Program-made: the position numbers and the translations under genes | Notes under the pieces: generated by a model | Databases searched by the model: none | Seen by the model: only the letters and a program-made list of their open reading frames with translations | Told to the model about the DNA's origin: nothing | Part shown: piece by piece, positions 1-9,314 of the stretch | Layout of the letters: each line of letters begins with the position of its first letter | Position numbering within the stretch: position 1 is the first letter of the stretch | Source: a virus | Lineage: Duplodnaviria > Heunggongvirae > Uroviricota > Caudoviricetes | Strand: one strand, 5' to 3' | Virus record (IMG/VR): IMGVR_UViG_3300037789_000070 | Coordinates: 74,576-138,575 of that record | DNA: 64,000 bases

Positions 1-7
1 CTTTACT

Positions 8-277
8 ATGCAGATAGCTTTTTATGCTGATGCTGGTGGAGGAACTACTTCTGCTGGTTTTATAGCACCAGCAGTAAACGGATCGACTGCTAGATCAGAA
101 CATGGATATTCATGGAGAAAATTCGTAAATGGAGAAGATAACGGATTATGTGAATTGACCGGTGTTATTAGCTTAAGTCAAGGAGATGATTTGGGAGGCT
201 CATACGTTACAGGCAATTCTGGACTTTGGTATTGGCTAGATTATAGCTATGTAGGATTATGGTTGATTTCACTATGA
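8..277 (+). CDS. C-terminal part of tail fibre/receptor-binding protein (probably 5'-truncated by window edge)
   Basis: Gly/aromatic-rich beta-strand sequence directly upstream of a chaperone-like ORF and a second fibre gene. Confidence 0.45.
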   Translation: MQIAFYADAGGGTTSAGFIAPAVNGSTARSEHGYSWRKFVNGEDNGLCELTGVISLSQGDDLGGSYVTGNSGLWYWLDYSYVGLWLISL

Positions 278-792
278 TAACACCTCCTGAAAAACCTCTG
301 TCTTATATTCAACCTATGGACATGATTCACGATGTTCTTGCGGAGATGTATCCGTTTATCCAGATTCCTGATTACACATGGTCCACAAACTCTGATGGTG
401 TTACCAGTATGGAGTATTGGCCGGAAGACCGTTTTGGTCCTTTGGATATGTCTTTGATCGAGCAGAAGTGCGAAGAAAAATATCCTTTAGAACTAAAGAG
501 AATACTCAAACACAGAGTGAATCTGAGAGCTACCGATAGACTGAGAAACATAAAATACGATAATCATGTGTTCGATCTATCCAGTGGAACTAATGAGTTG
601 ATTTCTGGGGGGCCAGAAGAATTTCAGGATTATGAAGTCAAAGACTTAGATCACTGTAAGACCTTTGTCATGTCTCTTTTGATAGAATACGCTATAGTCA
701 CCAAAGCCGGTCAAAAGCACAAGACAGATATCGATAAGATAGACAATATAGACGATATTATCGAGTATGACGTAGATGGAGGCTGGTCCTAA
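259..792 (+). CDS. Putative tail fibre assembly/chaperone protein
   Basis: Follows fibre ORF; ends in 'IDKIDNIDDIIEYDVDGGWS', typical of DUF4376-like tail chaperones. Confidence 0.5.
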   Translation: MVDFTMITPPEKPLSYIQPMDMIHDVLAEMYPFIQIPDYTWSTNSDGVTSMEYWPEDRFGPLDMSLIEQKCEEKYPLELKRILKHRVNLRATDRLRNIKYDNHVFDLSSGTNELISGGPEEFQDYEVKDLDHCKTFVMSLLIEYAIVTKAGQKHKTDIDKIDNIDDIIEYDVDGGWS

Positions 793-2174
793 TGCCGTAT
801 CTTGGTGATATTGAAATTGGAAGTAACGATAGAGAGTACGTTTATACCGCGACCGGAAGTGAGACCTCTGTAACCACGTCAGACTCCGCCGAAACCATAG
901 CTTATGTCGTGGGACAGGTAGACGTATATCTCAATGGTGCTAAGCTCATAGAGGGTGATGATTACGTAGCTAATGGTTCCGGTATCACCGGGCTTGATGC
1001 TCTAACATCCGGAGATGTTTTAGAAGTGGTCGCTCGTGATTACAGACCGACAACCACAGGGATACCCTCTACATCTCAGGCAAATGACTGGACAGCTTCT
1101 CAGAGCTTTCCTGATGGCACTCAATCCGCCCCATCCATTCGATTTTCTTCTGACACGAATAACGGCTTCTATAAAGCCGGAATAGACTCTATGGGAGTGT
1201 CCAAGGATTTATCTCTAGAGTCTATCAACGGTGCTCAAGTATCCGGGTTTAGAAATCTCTTGATTAACGGCAGACTTGATATCTGGCAAAGAGGTACTTC
1301 TCTTTCTGATGGGGGCACTAACAGATATTTGGCTGATAGGTTCTCCGTTATTAGTGGAACTTCTACAGAGGCTCAATCAAGACAAAGCTTTTCTAACGGC
1401 CAAACTGATGTGCCCGGCAACCCAAAATATTTCCATAGGACGGTGGTCACTAATAATACCGGTTCTACTAGCGTTGTTCTGTTTAATCAAAGAATCGAAA
1501 ATGTAGCTACGTTATCTGGAAACAAAGCTACGGTATCGTTCTGGTTAAAAACCGACGCCGTTAGAGAAATAGCCATCGAGTTATATCAATTATTTGGTAG
1601 TGGAGGTTCACCGTCCTCTGGTGTTTCGATACCCGCCGGTAAATTTTCTACGAGTACTACATGGACAAAATATACAGCTACGGTTGACATACCATCAATA
1701 TCAGGGAAAACGATAGGTACCAATTCAGATGACAATCTTCGTCTTTTAATTTGGTACACTGCGGGGTCTTCATATTCTTCTAGATCTAGTGGACTGGGGG
1801 AACAAAGCGGAACTTTTGATATAGCTATGTTGCAGCTTGAAGAAGGGCCAAGAGCTACCGCGTTTGAACAGAGACCTATATGGGTAGAGCTTCCCATGTG
1901 CTACAGATATTATTGGAAGAGCCATATTTGGGGTGGTGCATGGCATGTCGGATATGTAGCTAGCGGCTCTGTATATTATGATACAGTTAACTTTCCTGTG
2001 CAAATGAGGGCTACACCGACGATGTCATATACTAATTCTATTAACAATCTTTTTGGAACTACGGGAACCTTTCAGCAAATAACAACATTCGGATACAATT
2101 TTTATAGAACGGCCTCTGGTACGGGAAACGCCGGATATTTTGGAACACAAGTTTACGCGGATGCTGAGTTATGA
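792..2174 (+). CDS. Tail fibre protein with carbohydrate-binding-like domain
   Basis: 'FRNLLINGRLDIWQRGTS...ADRF' and 'QLEEGPRATAFEQRP..ELPMCYRYY..FPVQMRATPT...ADAEL' are typical phage fibre C-terminal motifs. Confidence 0.85.
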   Translation: MPYLGDIEIGSNDREYVYTATGSETSVTTSDSAETIAYVVGQVDVYLNGAKLIEGDDYVANGSGITGLDALTSGDVLEVVARDYRPTTTGIPSTSQANDWTASQSFPDGTQSAPSIRFSSDTNNGFYKAGIDSMGVSKDLSLESINGAQVSGFRNLLINGRLDIWQRGTSLSDGGTNRYLADRFSVISGTSTEAQSRQSFSNGQTDVPGNPKYFHRTVVTNNTGSTSVVLFNQRIENVATLSGNKATVSFWLKTDAVREIAIELYQLFGSGGSPSSGVSIPAGKFSTSTTWTKYTATVDIPSISGKTIGTNSDDNLRLLIWYTAGSSYSSRSSGLGEQSGTFDIAMLQLEEGPRATAFEQRPIWVELPMCYRYYWKSHIWGGAWHVGYVASGSVYYDTVNFPVQMRATPTMSYTNSINNLFGTTGTFQQITTFGYNFYRTASGTGNAGYFGTQVYADAEL

Positions 2175-2701
2175 TGAGACCTAAATTTACTAATATAGAA
2201 AGAACGTGTATCGAAGTTATTGAAAATGGGAAAAGTATCTTTATTCCTGTAGATGTTAACAATAAAGATTATCAACGTCTTGTTGAAATGGATGTTGAAA
2301 TTGAGGAATATCAAGAGCCTATAGATCATTGTAAACAAAAAGCTAATGAAGAAATTCGTATTTTGGCGGAAAAAATGAGAGCAAGTGCTATAAATGATCA
2401 ACCAGCTAAAATATTAGTATACGAAAAGAAGCCTGAAATTGCTAAAGGAGCATTAGCAGGCGATCAAGAGTGTGTCGCTCTTCTACAGAGAGAAGCCAAT
2501 GCTAGAGGCGAAACTGTTGAAGAACTAGCCACATTAATTGTGAATAATGAAAAACTTTGGACTATTGTTGCTTTTGAATTAGATGCTATTGAAGAAGAAG
2601 CTCAAGCAGCAATTGAGGTAGCTGATACTATCGAAGAAATTCAATATGCAATGAATTATGCTAGTGAAGAATTTATGAAGGCAATGTCTAAATTAGGTTA
2701 G
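2171..2701 (+). CDS. Tail fibre assembly protein
   Basis: ATGA overlap with fibre gene; 'FIPVDVNNKDYQ' and 'LLQREANARG' motifs. Confidence 0.65.
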   Translation: MMRPKFTNIERTCIEVIENGKSIFIPVDVNNKDYQRLVEMDVEIEEYQEPIDHCKQKANEEIRILAEKMRASAINDQPAKILVYEKKPEIAKGALAGDQECVALLQREANARGETVEELATLIVNNEKLWTIVAFELDAIEEEAQAAIEVADTIEEIQYAMNYASEEFMKAMSKLG

Positions 2702-2768
2702 TTTTTATTTTTTGTTTTCTCCTGTACAACCTATAATGAAAAATATGAATTTATCTAAGGAGAAAAAA

Positions 2769-3026
2769 TTGACTGCTAATAGAGAACGAACTGAAAAAGA
2801 AAGAATCGATGCCGAACGAATTCAATTTCAGGCCATTATCACCGCTCTTGAAGAACAGCGTAATGAGGCACTTTCTAAAAATGCCAAGTTGATGGCAGAA
2901 GTTAAAATTGTAAATGGTTTATTCCAACAGGCTAATGAACAGATTGCGGCCTTGAGGCGTCAGGTAGAAACTCTCACATCCGAAAATAAGGATGATGTTG
3001 ATGAAGGTCAGGCACCAGAGGCGTGA
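2769..3026 (+). CDS. Coiled-coil hypothetical protein
   Basis: TTG start after AAGGAG SD; heptad pattern. Confidence 0.6.
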   Translation: MTANRERTEKERIDAERIQFQAIITALEEQRNEALSKNAKLMAEVKIVNGLFQQANEQIAALRRQVETLTSENKDDVDEGQAPEA

Positions 3027-3646
3027 TCATTCGGGAAAATGATAGACACTATTTCCAAGGAACTTGGAAAGGTGAACAATTTACCGATAGAAAATACAAG
3101 GCCTTGTATATAGACCCTCCGTGGTATTTTCGGACTTATTCTGATAAAGGTAGGTCCAAGACGCCTGATGCTCATTATGAATGTATGAAGCTTGAGGACG
3201 TTAAGGCGTTGCCTGTGGCGGATTATGCAGATGATGATTGTGCTATGTTCATTTGGACTATGGACAGCACTCTTGATCAATGTTTTGAATTAATCAATCA
3301 TTGGGGTTTCACTTATAAAACGGTGGGCTTTTACTGGGTCAAGACATATGCTAAAAGTAAAAAGTTCTGTTATGGAATGGGTCATTGGACCAGAGGAAAT
3401 CCAGAGATGTGCCTTCTGGCAACCAAGGGTAAACCTAAACGGTTAGAAGGCGGTATTCCTAAATTATGTGTAGCAGATCGAGGTGAACACAGTGTCAAAC
3501 CAATTGAAGTACGCAACAGGATTGAACGATTAGTTGATGGTCCGTATTTGGAAATATTTGGGCGAGAAGTTGGTGATAAATGGGATGCCGTGGGGAACGA
3601 ACTTGTAATCCCTGATATTGAAAAGGAAATTGAAGATGGGAATTGA
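3023..3646 (+). CDS. MT-A70 family adenine methyltransferase
   Basis: DPPW motif; 'WGFTYKTVGFYWVK', 'GMGHWTRGNPEMCLLATKG', 'HSVKP', 'YLEIFGR'. Confidence 0.9.
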   Translation: MIIRENDRHYFQGTWKGEQFTDRKYKALYIDPPWYFRTYSDKGRSKTPDAHYECMKLEDVKALPVADYADDDCAMFIWTMDSTLDQCFELINHWGFTYKTVGFYWVKTYAKSKKFCYGMGHWTRGNPEMCLLATKGKPKRLEGGIPKLCVADRGEHSVKPIEVRNRIERLVDGPYLEIFGREVGDKWDAVGNELVIPDIEKEIEDGN

Positions 3647-4253
3647 AGTATCTTTATATCTAGTAATGATGACATTACTAGGTGCATTTCTCTATAGAGC
3701 AAGAGGTGCCGGTTGGTCTTGGTGGCCATTGAGACGACCATGGAACCAACTTGTAGTAGTTCTACCTATAATCTTTGTGTTATTCTTCCTAGCTAGCGTA
3801 ACATTGATTTCGGGGCCAACGGTTGTTTCATTGTTATGTGCTACGGTATTTTCAATTCTTTCAGTAGTAACTGCTGGAATGGGCCATGGTGATTACATGA
3901 GATTGAACCGACATGCTGATCAATATACAAAACAAGATAATGAAGAAGTTGGATATCTATTGAGGCCTCTATTTCCTGATTTGACTATTGGTGGTTCAAG
4001 ATGGGCGTATGAATTTGTTGGTCTATCTTTAACAGGTTTGGCTATCACTTTACCATTAGTAATAGCTCTTTTGATTTTTGGTTTTTACGGGCTTGCGGCC
4101 ATTGCTGTGATTGGTGGCTTATTGAAGGGGATGGCTTACGAAATAGGGTGGAGAATTAGTGATCGTGGTACAGAGTATGGTGAATGGTTCTTTGGTGGCG
4201 TTCTTTGGGCATCATTAGCAATAATTATTCTTGTACTTCATGGGGTGATTTAG
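3636..4253 (+). CDS. Multi-pass membrane protein
   Basis: About 6 hydrophobic segments. Confidence 0.7.
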   Translation: MGIEVSLYLVMMTLLGAFLYRARGAGWSWWPLRRPWNQLVVVLPIIFVLFFLASVTLISGPTVVSLLCATVFSILSVVTAGMGHGDYMRLNRHADQYTKQDNEEVGYLLRPLFPDLTIGGSRWAYEFVGLSLTGLAITLPLVIALLIFGFYGLAAIAVIGGLLKGMAYEIGWRISDRGTEYGEWFFGGVLWASLAIIILVLHGVI

Positions 4254-4316
4254 GAGAAAACTATGGAAGATAGAGGAATTGGAACCTCTCAACGTTACTG
4301 ATGTTTATTAAAACGA

Positions 4317-4352
4317 AAATCGGCCCCATATTTCAGGGGCCGATTTTTTTTT
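4317..4352. terminator. Intrinsic terminator hairpin between convergent genes
   Basis: aaatcggcccc...ggggccgattt followed by T-run. Confidence 0.8.
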
Positions 4353-4650
4353 ACTTTTTGAGGCCTTCAAGAACGACCTCATGAAGCCTTGAAACCATCT
4401 GAGAGCCGATTGAACTCCATACTCGGAAATTCCCTTTTGCATCTCGGAAATTGTTTTCTCCAAATTCTTTTTCGAATGCCTCATGACGGGCTGGGCAAAA
4501 GCCGTCTTCTTCAAAAACGAATTCATCGATAGTTTCAAGATAAGTTGCCAATGCACGACGAGCATCTTCAACTGAAAAAAGATCGCCGCAACCCTCACCT
4601 GCGAGTGCAACAATTTGTTCATCGGTAAAGGTCAGAGAAAAAGTATTCAT
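4351..4650 (-). CDS. Hypothetical protein
   Basis: AGGAG SD on the minus strand before ATG; ends at the terminator. Confidence 0.7.
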   Translation of the reverse strand: MNTFSLTFTDEQIVALAGEGCGDLFSVEDARRALATYLETIDEFVFEEDGFCPARHEAFEKEFGENNFRDAKGNFRVWSSIGSQMVSRLHEVVLEGLKK

Positions 4651-4726
4651 TTCGATCTCCTGTTTTGATTAACTGATGAGAATATATCTATCATATTTTT
4701 TCTAAAAGTCAAGAAAAAATATTTTC

Positions 4727-4858
4727 TTGACACAAACATCGAAAGTGCCTATAAATAAGAACGTGGGCAGCAAATCTGTTGTTCACTGTAAATAAGTTCA
4801 GAGCATCTGAAAAAAGTTGAAAAAAGTTGTTGACAGCGAAATTCAGATGACCTATAAA
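4727..4858 (+). promoter_or_regulatory. Two tandem sigma70-type promoters heading the RNA island
   Basis: TTGACA-17-TATAAA at ~4727 and ~4830. Confidence 0.75.
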
Positions 4859-5077
4859 GAACATAGCAGGCGAGCGAACAGCGAGAGTTAAAAAATGCAG
4901 ACGCAAGAACAAATGAGAAGGACCGAAGAAAAAACGTGGACATTACCACGTAACGCCGTCCGTGTGTCTTGTGGCGCGTTTACATCAGAGAAGAATTATA
5001 TTAATCTTCCTGATCACATTGTGCCCGAAGGAGTAGGAACAGCCTAGATATTAGGTGACATTCTGAACTTTCTTCGG

Positions 5078-5106
5078 GCGGCTCAAAACAAGAGCCGCTT
5101 TTTTTA
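5078..5106 (+). terminator. Intrinsic terminator
   Basis: gcggctc-loop-gagccgc followed by T-run. Confidence 0.75.
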
Positions 5107-5573
5107 TTTTCTGACCATGCGTATTTTGGTCAGGCCAGTCGGTTGGTATAGCCACGGCAAGTGTAAGAGTAATATGACTTTTACCCCCGTACTATATCAA
5201 GGAACTCCGAACTCTCTAACCGTAGAGAGTCGGCCCGCCACCCGGATCTTGTATCACCGTGAAGACGCGATACACCCGGATAAAGAAGGGCTGGTTTTTA
5301 TTTTGAAATAGATGACGGGGTTCGATTCCCATCTGTCACCGTTTGAGGTATTCTGTTAATGTCCGTTCAAAAGGACAGTCTGTCAAAGGATAACAGGGCC
5401 AAGGGGGCGGAGGAGAGCTTTGGTAAGCCTATCTTGTTTTCTCTTAAAGTTTATGGAGCCGCACTTTATAAAAAGTTCTAGAACCGGTTATTGCAATTTC
5501 GTTGGCCGTAATTAGAATCGAATAGTAGTATCTGGGAGCGTAGGCAGGACCTACCCGGCTTCACCAAATTTAT

Positions 5574-5650
5574 ACCCCCGTAGCTCATTGGATAGAGCGC
5601 CGCTCTGCGACAGCGGAGGTAGTCAGGTTCGAGTCCTACCGGGGGTGCCA
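5574..5650 (+). tRNA. tRNA-Arg(GCG)
   Basis: Cloverleaf; ccgct-ctGCGac-agcgg; CCA end. Confidence 0.9.
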
Positions 5651-5777
5651 ATTTAGTAAGAATGGTGTGAAATCATTTTGAATAAATAATCAAGAGCACC
5701 GCAGATGGGAAGCCGGGCCTCAGATTGTTTGCTTTAAACGAACAATTTTTGTTTAATATCGAAAATTCCAGAATAAT

Positions 5778-5852
5778 ACCTCCGTCCCAACTGGATTGGG
5801 CACTGGTCTTCTAAGCCGGTTGTTGTGGGTTCGAGTCCTACCGGGGGTGCCA
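5778..5852 (+). tRNA. tRNA-Arg(TCT)
   Basis: ctggt-ctTCTaa-gccgg; T arm; CCA. Confidence 0.85.
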
Positions 5853-5967
5853 AAATTCATGGAGGATTAGTAGTATAGCATTTGGGGATGCGTTAGGCCA
5901 AGTGTTCTGGCCTAAAGAGCCGGTTCAATTCCGTCTACGTGAACAATAATCCTCCATGATCTTATTT

Positions 5968-6045
5968 CGGGGTGTAGCTTAGTCCGGCTAAAGCGCCTGC
6001 TTTGGGAGCAGGAGATCGTAGGTTCGAATCCTACTACCCCGACCA
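5968..6045 (+). tRNA. tRNA-Pro(TGG)
   Basis: cctgc-ttTGGga-gcagg; canonical; CCA. Confidence 0.95.
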
Positions 6046-6162
6046 ATTACTAGTGTTAGCTGACGAAAGAAAAATTCTTATCTCGACGGAGATGTTAGAG
6101 AATTTTTCTAGTTCACGCATGGTTGCAGACGCCATGTCAGCGAAAAGGTCTGCACTAATTTT

Positions 6163-6240
6163 GTGACTCTCGAATAGCTGGTGCATGTTCGCTGGCCTGA
6201 AAAGCCAGAGGTCTTGGTTCGATTCCAAGGGGTCACACCA
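6163..6240 (+). tRNA. tRNA-Phe(GAA)
   Basis: ctggc-ctGAAaa-gccag; CCA. Confidence 0.85.
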
Positions 6241-7068
6241 AAGGTTTGGTGGTGTTAGTAAAAGTTTCTCTAATGGAGGATAGCGCGCATGATGGGAAAC
6301 GACTACCATGGCAATCTCTAACATCACCAATTAAATTGCGGACGGATGAAATGTGAGCTTAGTAACTCGGGTTGATCTCCGAGTGAGGAGTGAACGGAGT
6401 AGACGTCGTGGCTAGGAGGAGCAAGGACTAGATCACCTTGGTTCTTCGAAGTTTAGCGCGAATGCGCACTATCTTTGGGATCGGTTAAGATTCAACATTG
6501 GTGCATCAGTGTTGCGTAGATGTAATCTCTACCCCAGAGGCCAATTCCACTTTGTGGATAAAGTACCAAACCCCAAATGAATTCTTCATGAAAGGTTAGA
6601 TGAAAGTCGGTTAGTACTATGTTATGCTATCAACGCAAAGGCTATAGAAAACAGTCTCGTTAAAGTCGAGACAGGGTATATCATAGGAAATTTGATTAGT
6701 ATTCTAATTAATAGTGTTGATGAAACTTGGTTAGTAGGGCATCGTTTGTTCAGATGTCTTTAAGTCTCAGCGGTAGAGCTTGGGTCCAGCATTTGCGTTT
6801 ATCTCACCCAGTGCCTCGGTTCAAATCCGGGAAGCTCTGAACAACGATGTAAATATGTTTACTTGCGGCTATCCTCTTTGATATTCACGTGTTACGTCAA
6901 AGAGTGATCCGCCTTAAGACCTAGATTACTAGGCCAGCCGGGTTGATCACCGGCTGTTTTAATTGAGGGACCATCACAAGTGGATGGTGAATGTCGTAGG
7001 CTAGTGGCAGCGGCAGATCGGGGGACACGCGCCCGATTGGTTCCACCAAAATCGAAATGAGTAATAAT

Positions 7069-7144
7069 GGCCTTGAGATCATCTGGGTGTGATATCTGTC
7101 TGTCTAACAGATTGTAGCGGGTTCGAATCCCGTCAAGGTCGCCA
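7069..7144 (+). tRNA. tRNA-Asp(GTC)
   Basis: tctgt-ctGTCta-acaga; G73 + CCA. Confidence 0.88.
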
Positions 7145-7365
7145 GTTTTATAGTAATTGAAACTGAGTGGACTAGATGTGCCGTTTTGGAAGGCTTACTT
7201 CTTAGGAAGGTGTCCCTCACTGAAATAGGTGATAGCTACACCTTAGTTTGAAGTCGGTTCGATTCCGATCAGTTTCATGTAATGTGTTTATGCCCTAGCG
7301 AGTCGTGGAGGGGTTCGAGTTCTTCCCCACCCCTAGGGTGCCATTCTATTTTTGAGGTGAACAAT

Positions 7366-7758
7366 ATGACTTATACCTATGAACAACTGTATGAAGCACA
7401 TAGAGAAATTCATATCAGATTGCATCGTGCCGTTTCTCACTTTTATGACGTCTTAAAGGAACAACAAATTGACTTTTATGATGTTGGTCATAAGTTGAAA
7501 TGGAGACCCGAAGGTGAAATTGTCCGTATGCAGGAAGATGGCATTTTGGTCAGGGAAACTTTTAGGCTTCAAGATAAGTTCTTTGTTCCGAAAGAAGCAC
7601 TTGACCCAGAGACCGGAAAGCAGTACATTGAGCAACTAGTTCTTGACGATAAGCGTCGTAGAGAAGAAGCAAACATTCGCTATATGGAAGAAAAAATCCA
7701 AGCAAACGAAGCGGAGATAGCAAAGTTCAATAGAAAGCTCAAAGGTATTAAAGAGTAA
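7366..7758 (+). CDS. Hypothetical protein
   Basis: GAGGTG SD before ATG 7366. Confidence 0.75.
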   Translation: MTYTYEQLYEAHREIHIRLHRAVSHFYDVLKEQQIDFYDVGHKLKWRPEGEIVRMQEDGILVRETFRLQDKFFVPKEALDPETGKQYIEQLVLDDKRRREEANIRYMEEKIQANEAEIAKFNRKLKGIKE

Positions 7759-7864
7759 ACAGAATATGTCAGTCCCCTGAGGTTAGACCTCGCGGATATG
7801 AGGATGCTCGCTTGGAGGACACCTCAGGGGACCGACTAAGAGTTCCGAAAGCTTATGGAACGAT

Positions 7865-7939
7865 CTGGGTGTAAGAGATTGGTTCATCGGTGATCCTTGG
7901 AAGATCGCAAAGTTGGTTCGATTCCAACCACCCAGACCA
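7865..7939 (+). tRNA. tRNA-Pro(TGG), divergent
   Basis: gtgatc-ctTGGaa-gatcgc; C1-G72, A73; weak D arm. Confidence 0.65.
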
Positions 7940-8147
7940 AACAGAAAAATCCAGTGTACCGCTTGGATAGACAAGCAAGCTAGGGCGCATGTAAACCCGT
8001 AATGGGCGGATCGGAGTTGTCCCTGTGCAGAAATAAATCATACTTGCGCAAGTATGATTTATGAAAGCAAGCTACCAACGACCGATATGGGATAGCGGTT
8101 AACCAACACCGTTGCACTGGTGGCCTTTTACAAGAAAGAATAAAAAA

Positions 8148-8384
8148 ATGAGAACTGAAACTATGACACAATGTGTCCTGACCAAAAACAATTCGCAGAC
8201 TGTAGCGTTTATTCCAACACATGCTGCTGTTCCGGGAAAGAGGGTAGAACTTTTATCCGCCGATGGCGAATTTTGGACTGTACAAAGTGCTGGTGTGACC
8301 TTAGACTATGATAAGGTCAATCAAATGAGTAGAGGTTATAAACAATTCCAAGGCTCTACCAAGGGCGGAGGAATTGATAGTTAA
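8148..8384 (+). CDS. Hypothetical protein
   Basis: Protein-like ORF between structured RNAs. Confidence 0.6.
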   Translation: MRTETMTQCVLTKNNSQTVAFIPTHAAVPGKRVELLSADGEFWTVQSAGVTLDYDKVNQMSRGYKQFQGSTKGGGIDS

Positions 8385-8593
8385 TTGAATGATAGTGGTA
8401 CTCTGTAGAATTGTACGCTGATGCTTCGATTCTGCCTAATTTGGAATGACACGGGTAGCTGGAAAACTCGGCACCTTGAGTGCTGTGCTCCGGTGGCTGG
8501 TCATTTGGGGTATCCTATATAATAAGTGGGATATGAGAGAGAGATGAACCTCATATCCCACTTATATGAGATTTTTGTATTTTAAGGTTTTAT

Positions 8594-8671
8594 TTCCTGA
8601 TAGCTCAGTCGGTAGAGCCGGTGGCTGTTAACCACTGCGAGTCGTAGGTTCGAGTCCTACTCAGGGAGCCA
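8594..8671 (+). tRNA. tRNA-Asn(GTT)
   Basis: ggtgg-ctGTTaa-ccact; CCA. Confidence 0.93.
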
Positions 8672-8906
8672 ATTTAAGTGAAGAAACTTTTCAACCTGTT
8701 CAAGGACGAGGCTGAACAGGTTGAAAAGTTTGAGAAAGACTTCACTGTAGCGTATAATTTCTTACTGTCGAGTGAAGAGATGTTGGTATCACAGCGCTCT
8801 TTGCTGGTGTGAAACTTAAGTTGCCGGATGATACTGGGCCATAGTGTGGGTGAAGACTTAAGTGTTGGGTGTCTTGGCGGGGTGCCAAGACCGACAGTAA
8901 AATAAC

Positions 8907-8992
8907 GTACTCGTGGCGGAATAGGTATACGCGTTCGCTTGAGGGGCGGATGTCTTCATGGCATGTGGGTTCGAGTCCCACCGAGTACACCA
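8907..8992 (+). tRNA. tRNA-Leu(GAG)
   Basis: Class II body; ttcgc-ttGAGgg-gcgga; CCA. Confidence 0.9.
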
Positions 8993-9053
8993 GAAAAAGT
9001 TTAGGAAAATGCGTCCTCCGGTTTATTATGAAAATAAATGGAGAGTGAAGAAT

Positions 9054-9314
9054 ATGGCTAAGAATTTTATTTCAGTTTGTAAGAATGTCATCTATAGTAA
9101 CAATAAATCCAAATGGAAAGATCCTGCTCCGGCCATACGTGTAAGTCGTACTAAATCTGGAAAGGTCACTGCTAGAGCGCACACCTTATCTATCAAAGAT
9201 AAAGACGGAAACGAAGTTGCTCGAATTGTTTCCACACAAGATGGTAATCCGGTCATTAACTGTGGAGCTAAAGTGGCAATTATAACTGAATATGAAACAG
9301 AAGTAATTGAATAG
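9054..9314 (+). CDS. Hypothetical phage protein
   Basis: GGAG SD; MAKNFISV...CGAKVAIIT. Confidence 0.7.
   Translation: MAKNFISVCKNVIYSNNKSKWKDPAPAIRVSRTKSGKVTARAHTLSIKDKDGNEVARIVSTQDGNPVINCGAKVAIITEYETEVIE

Noticed and set aside
5134..5295. RNase P RNA (ccagtcgg... aggaactccg ... cccgg ... ggctgg)
   Set aside because: Ends resemble alphaproteobacterial rnpB, but it is only ~160 nt with poor P4 pairing; at most an unclassified structured RNA.
6058..6110. Hammerhead ribozyme (CTGACGA core)
   Set aside because: No GAAA after stem II, and CTGA is paired elsewhere.
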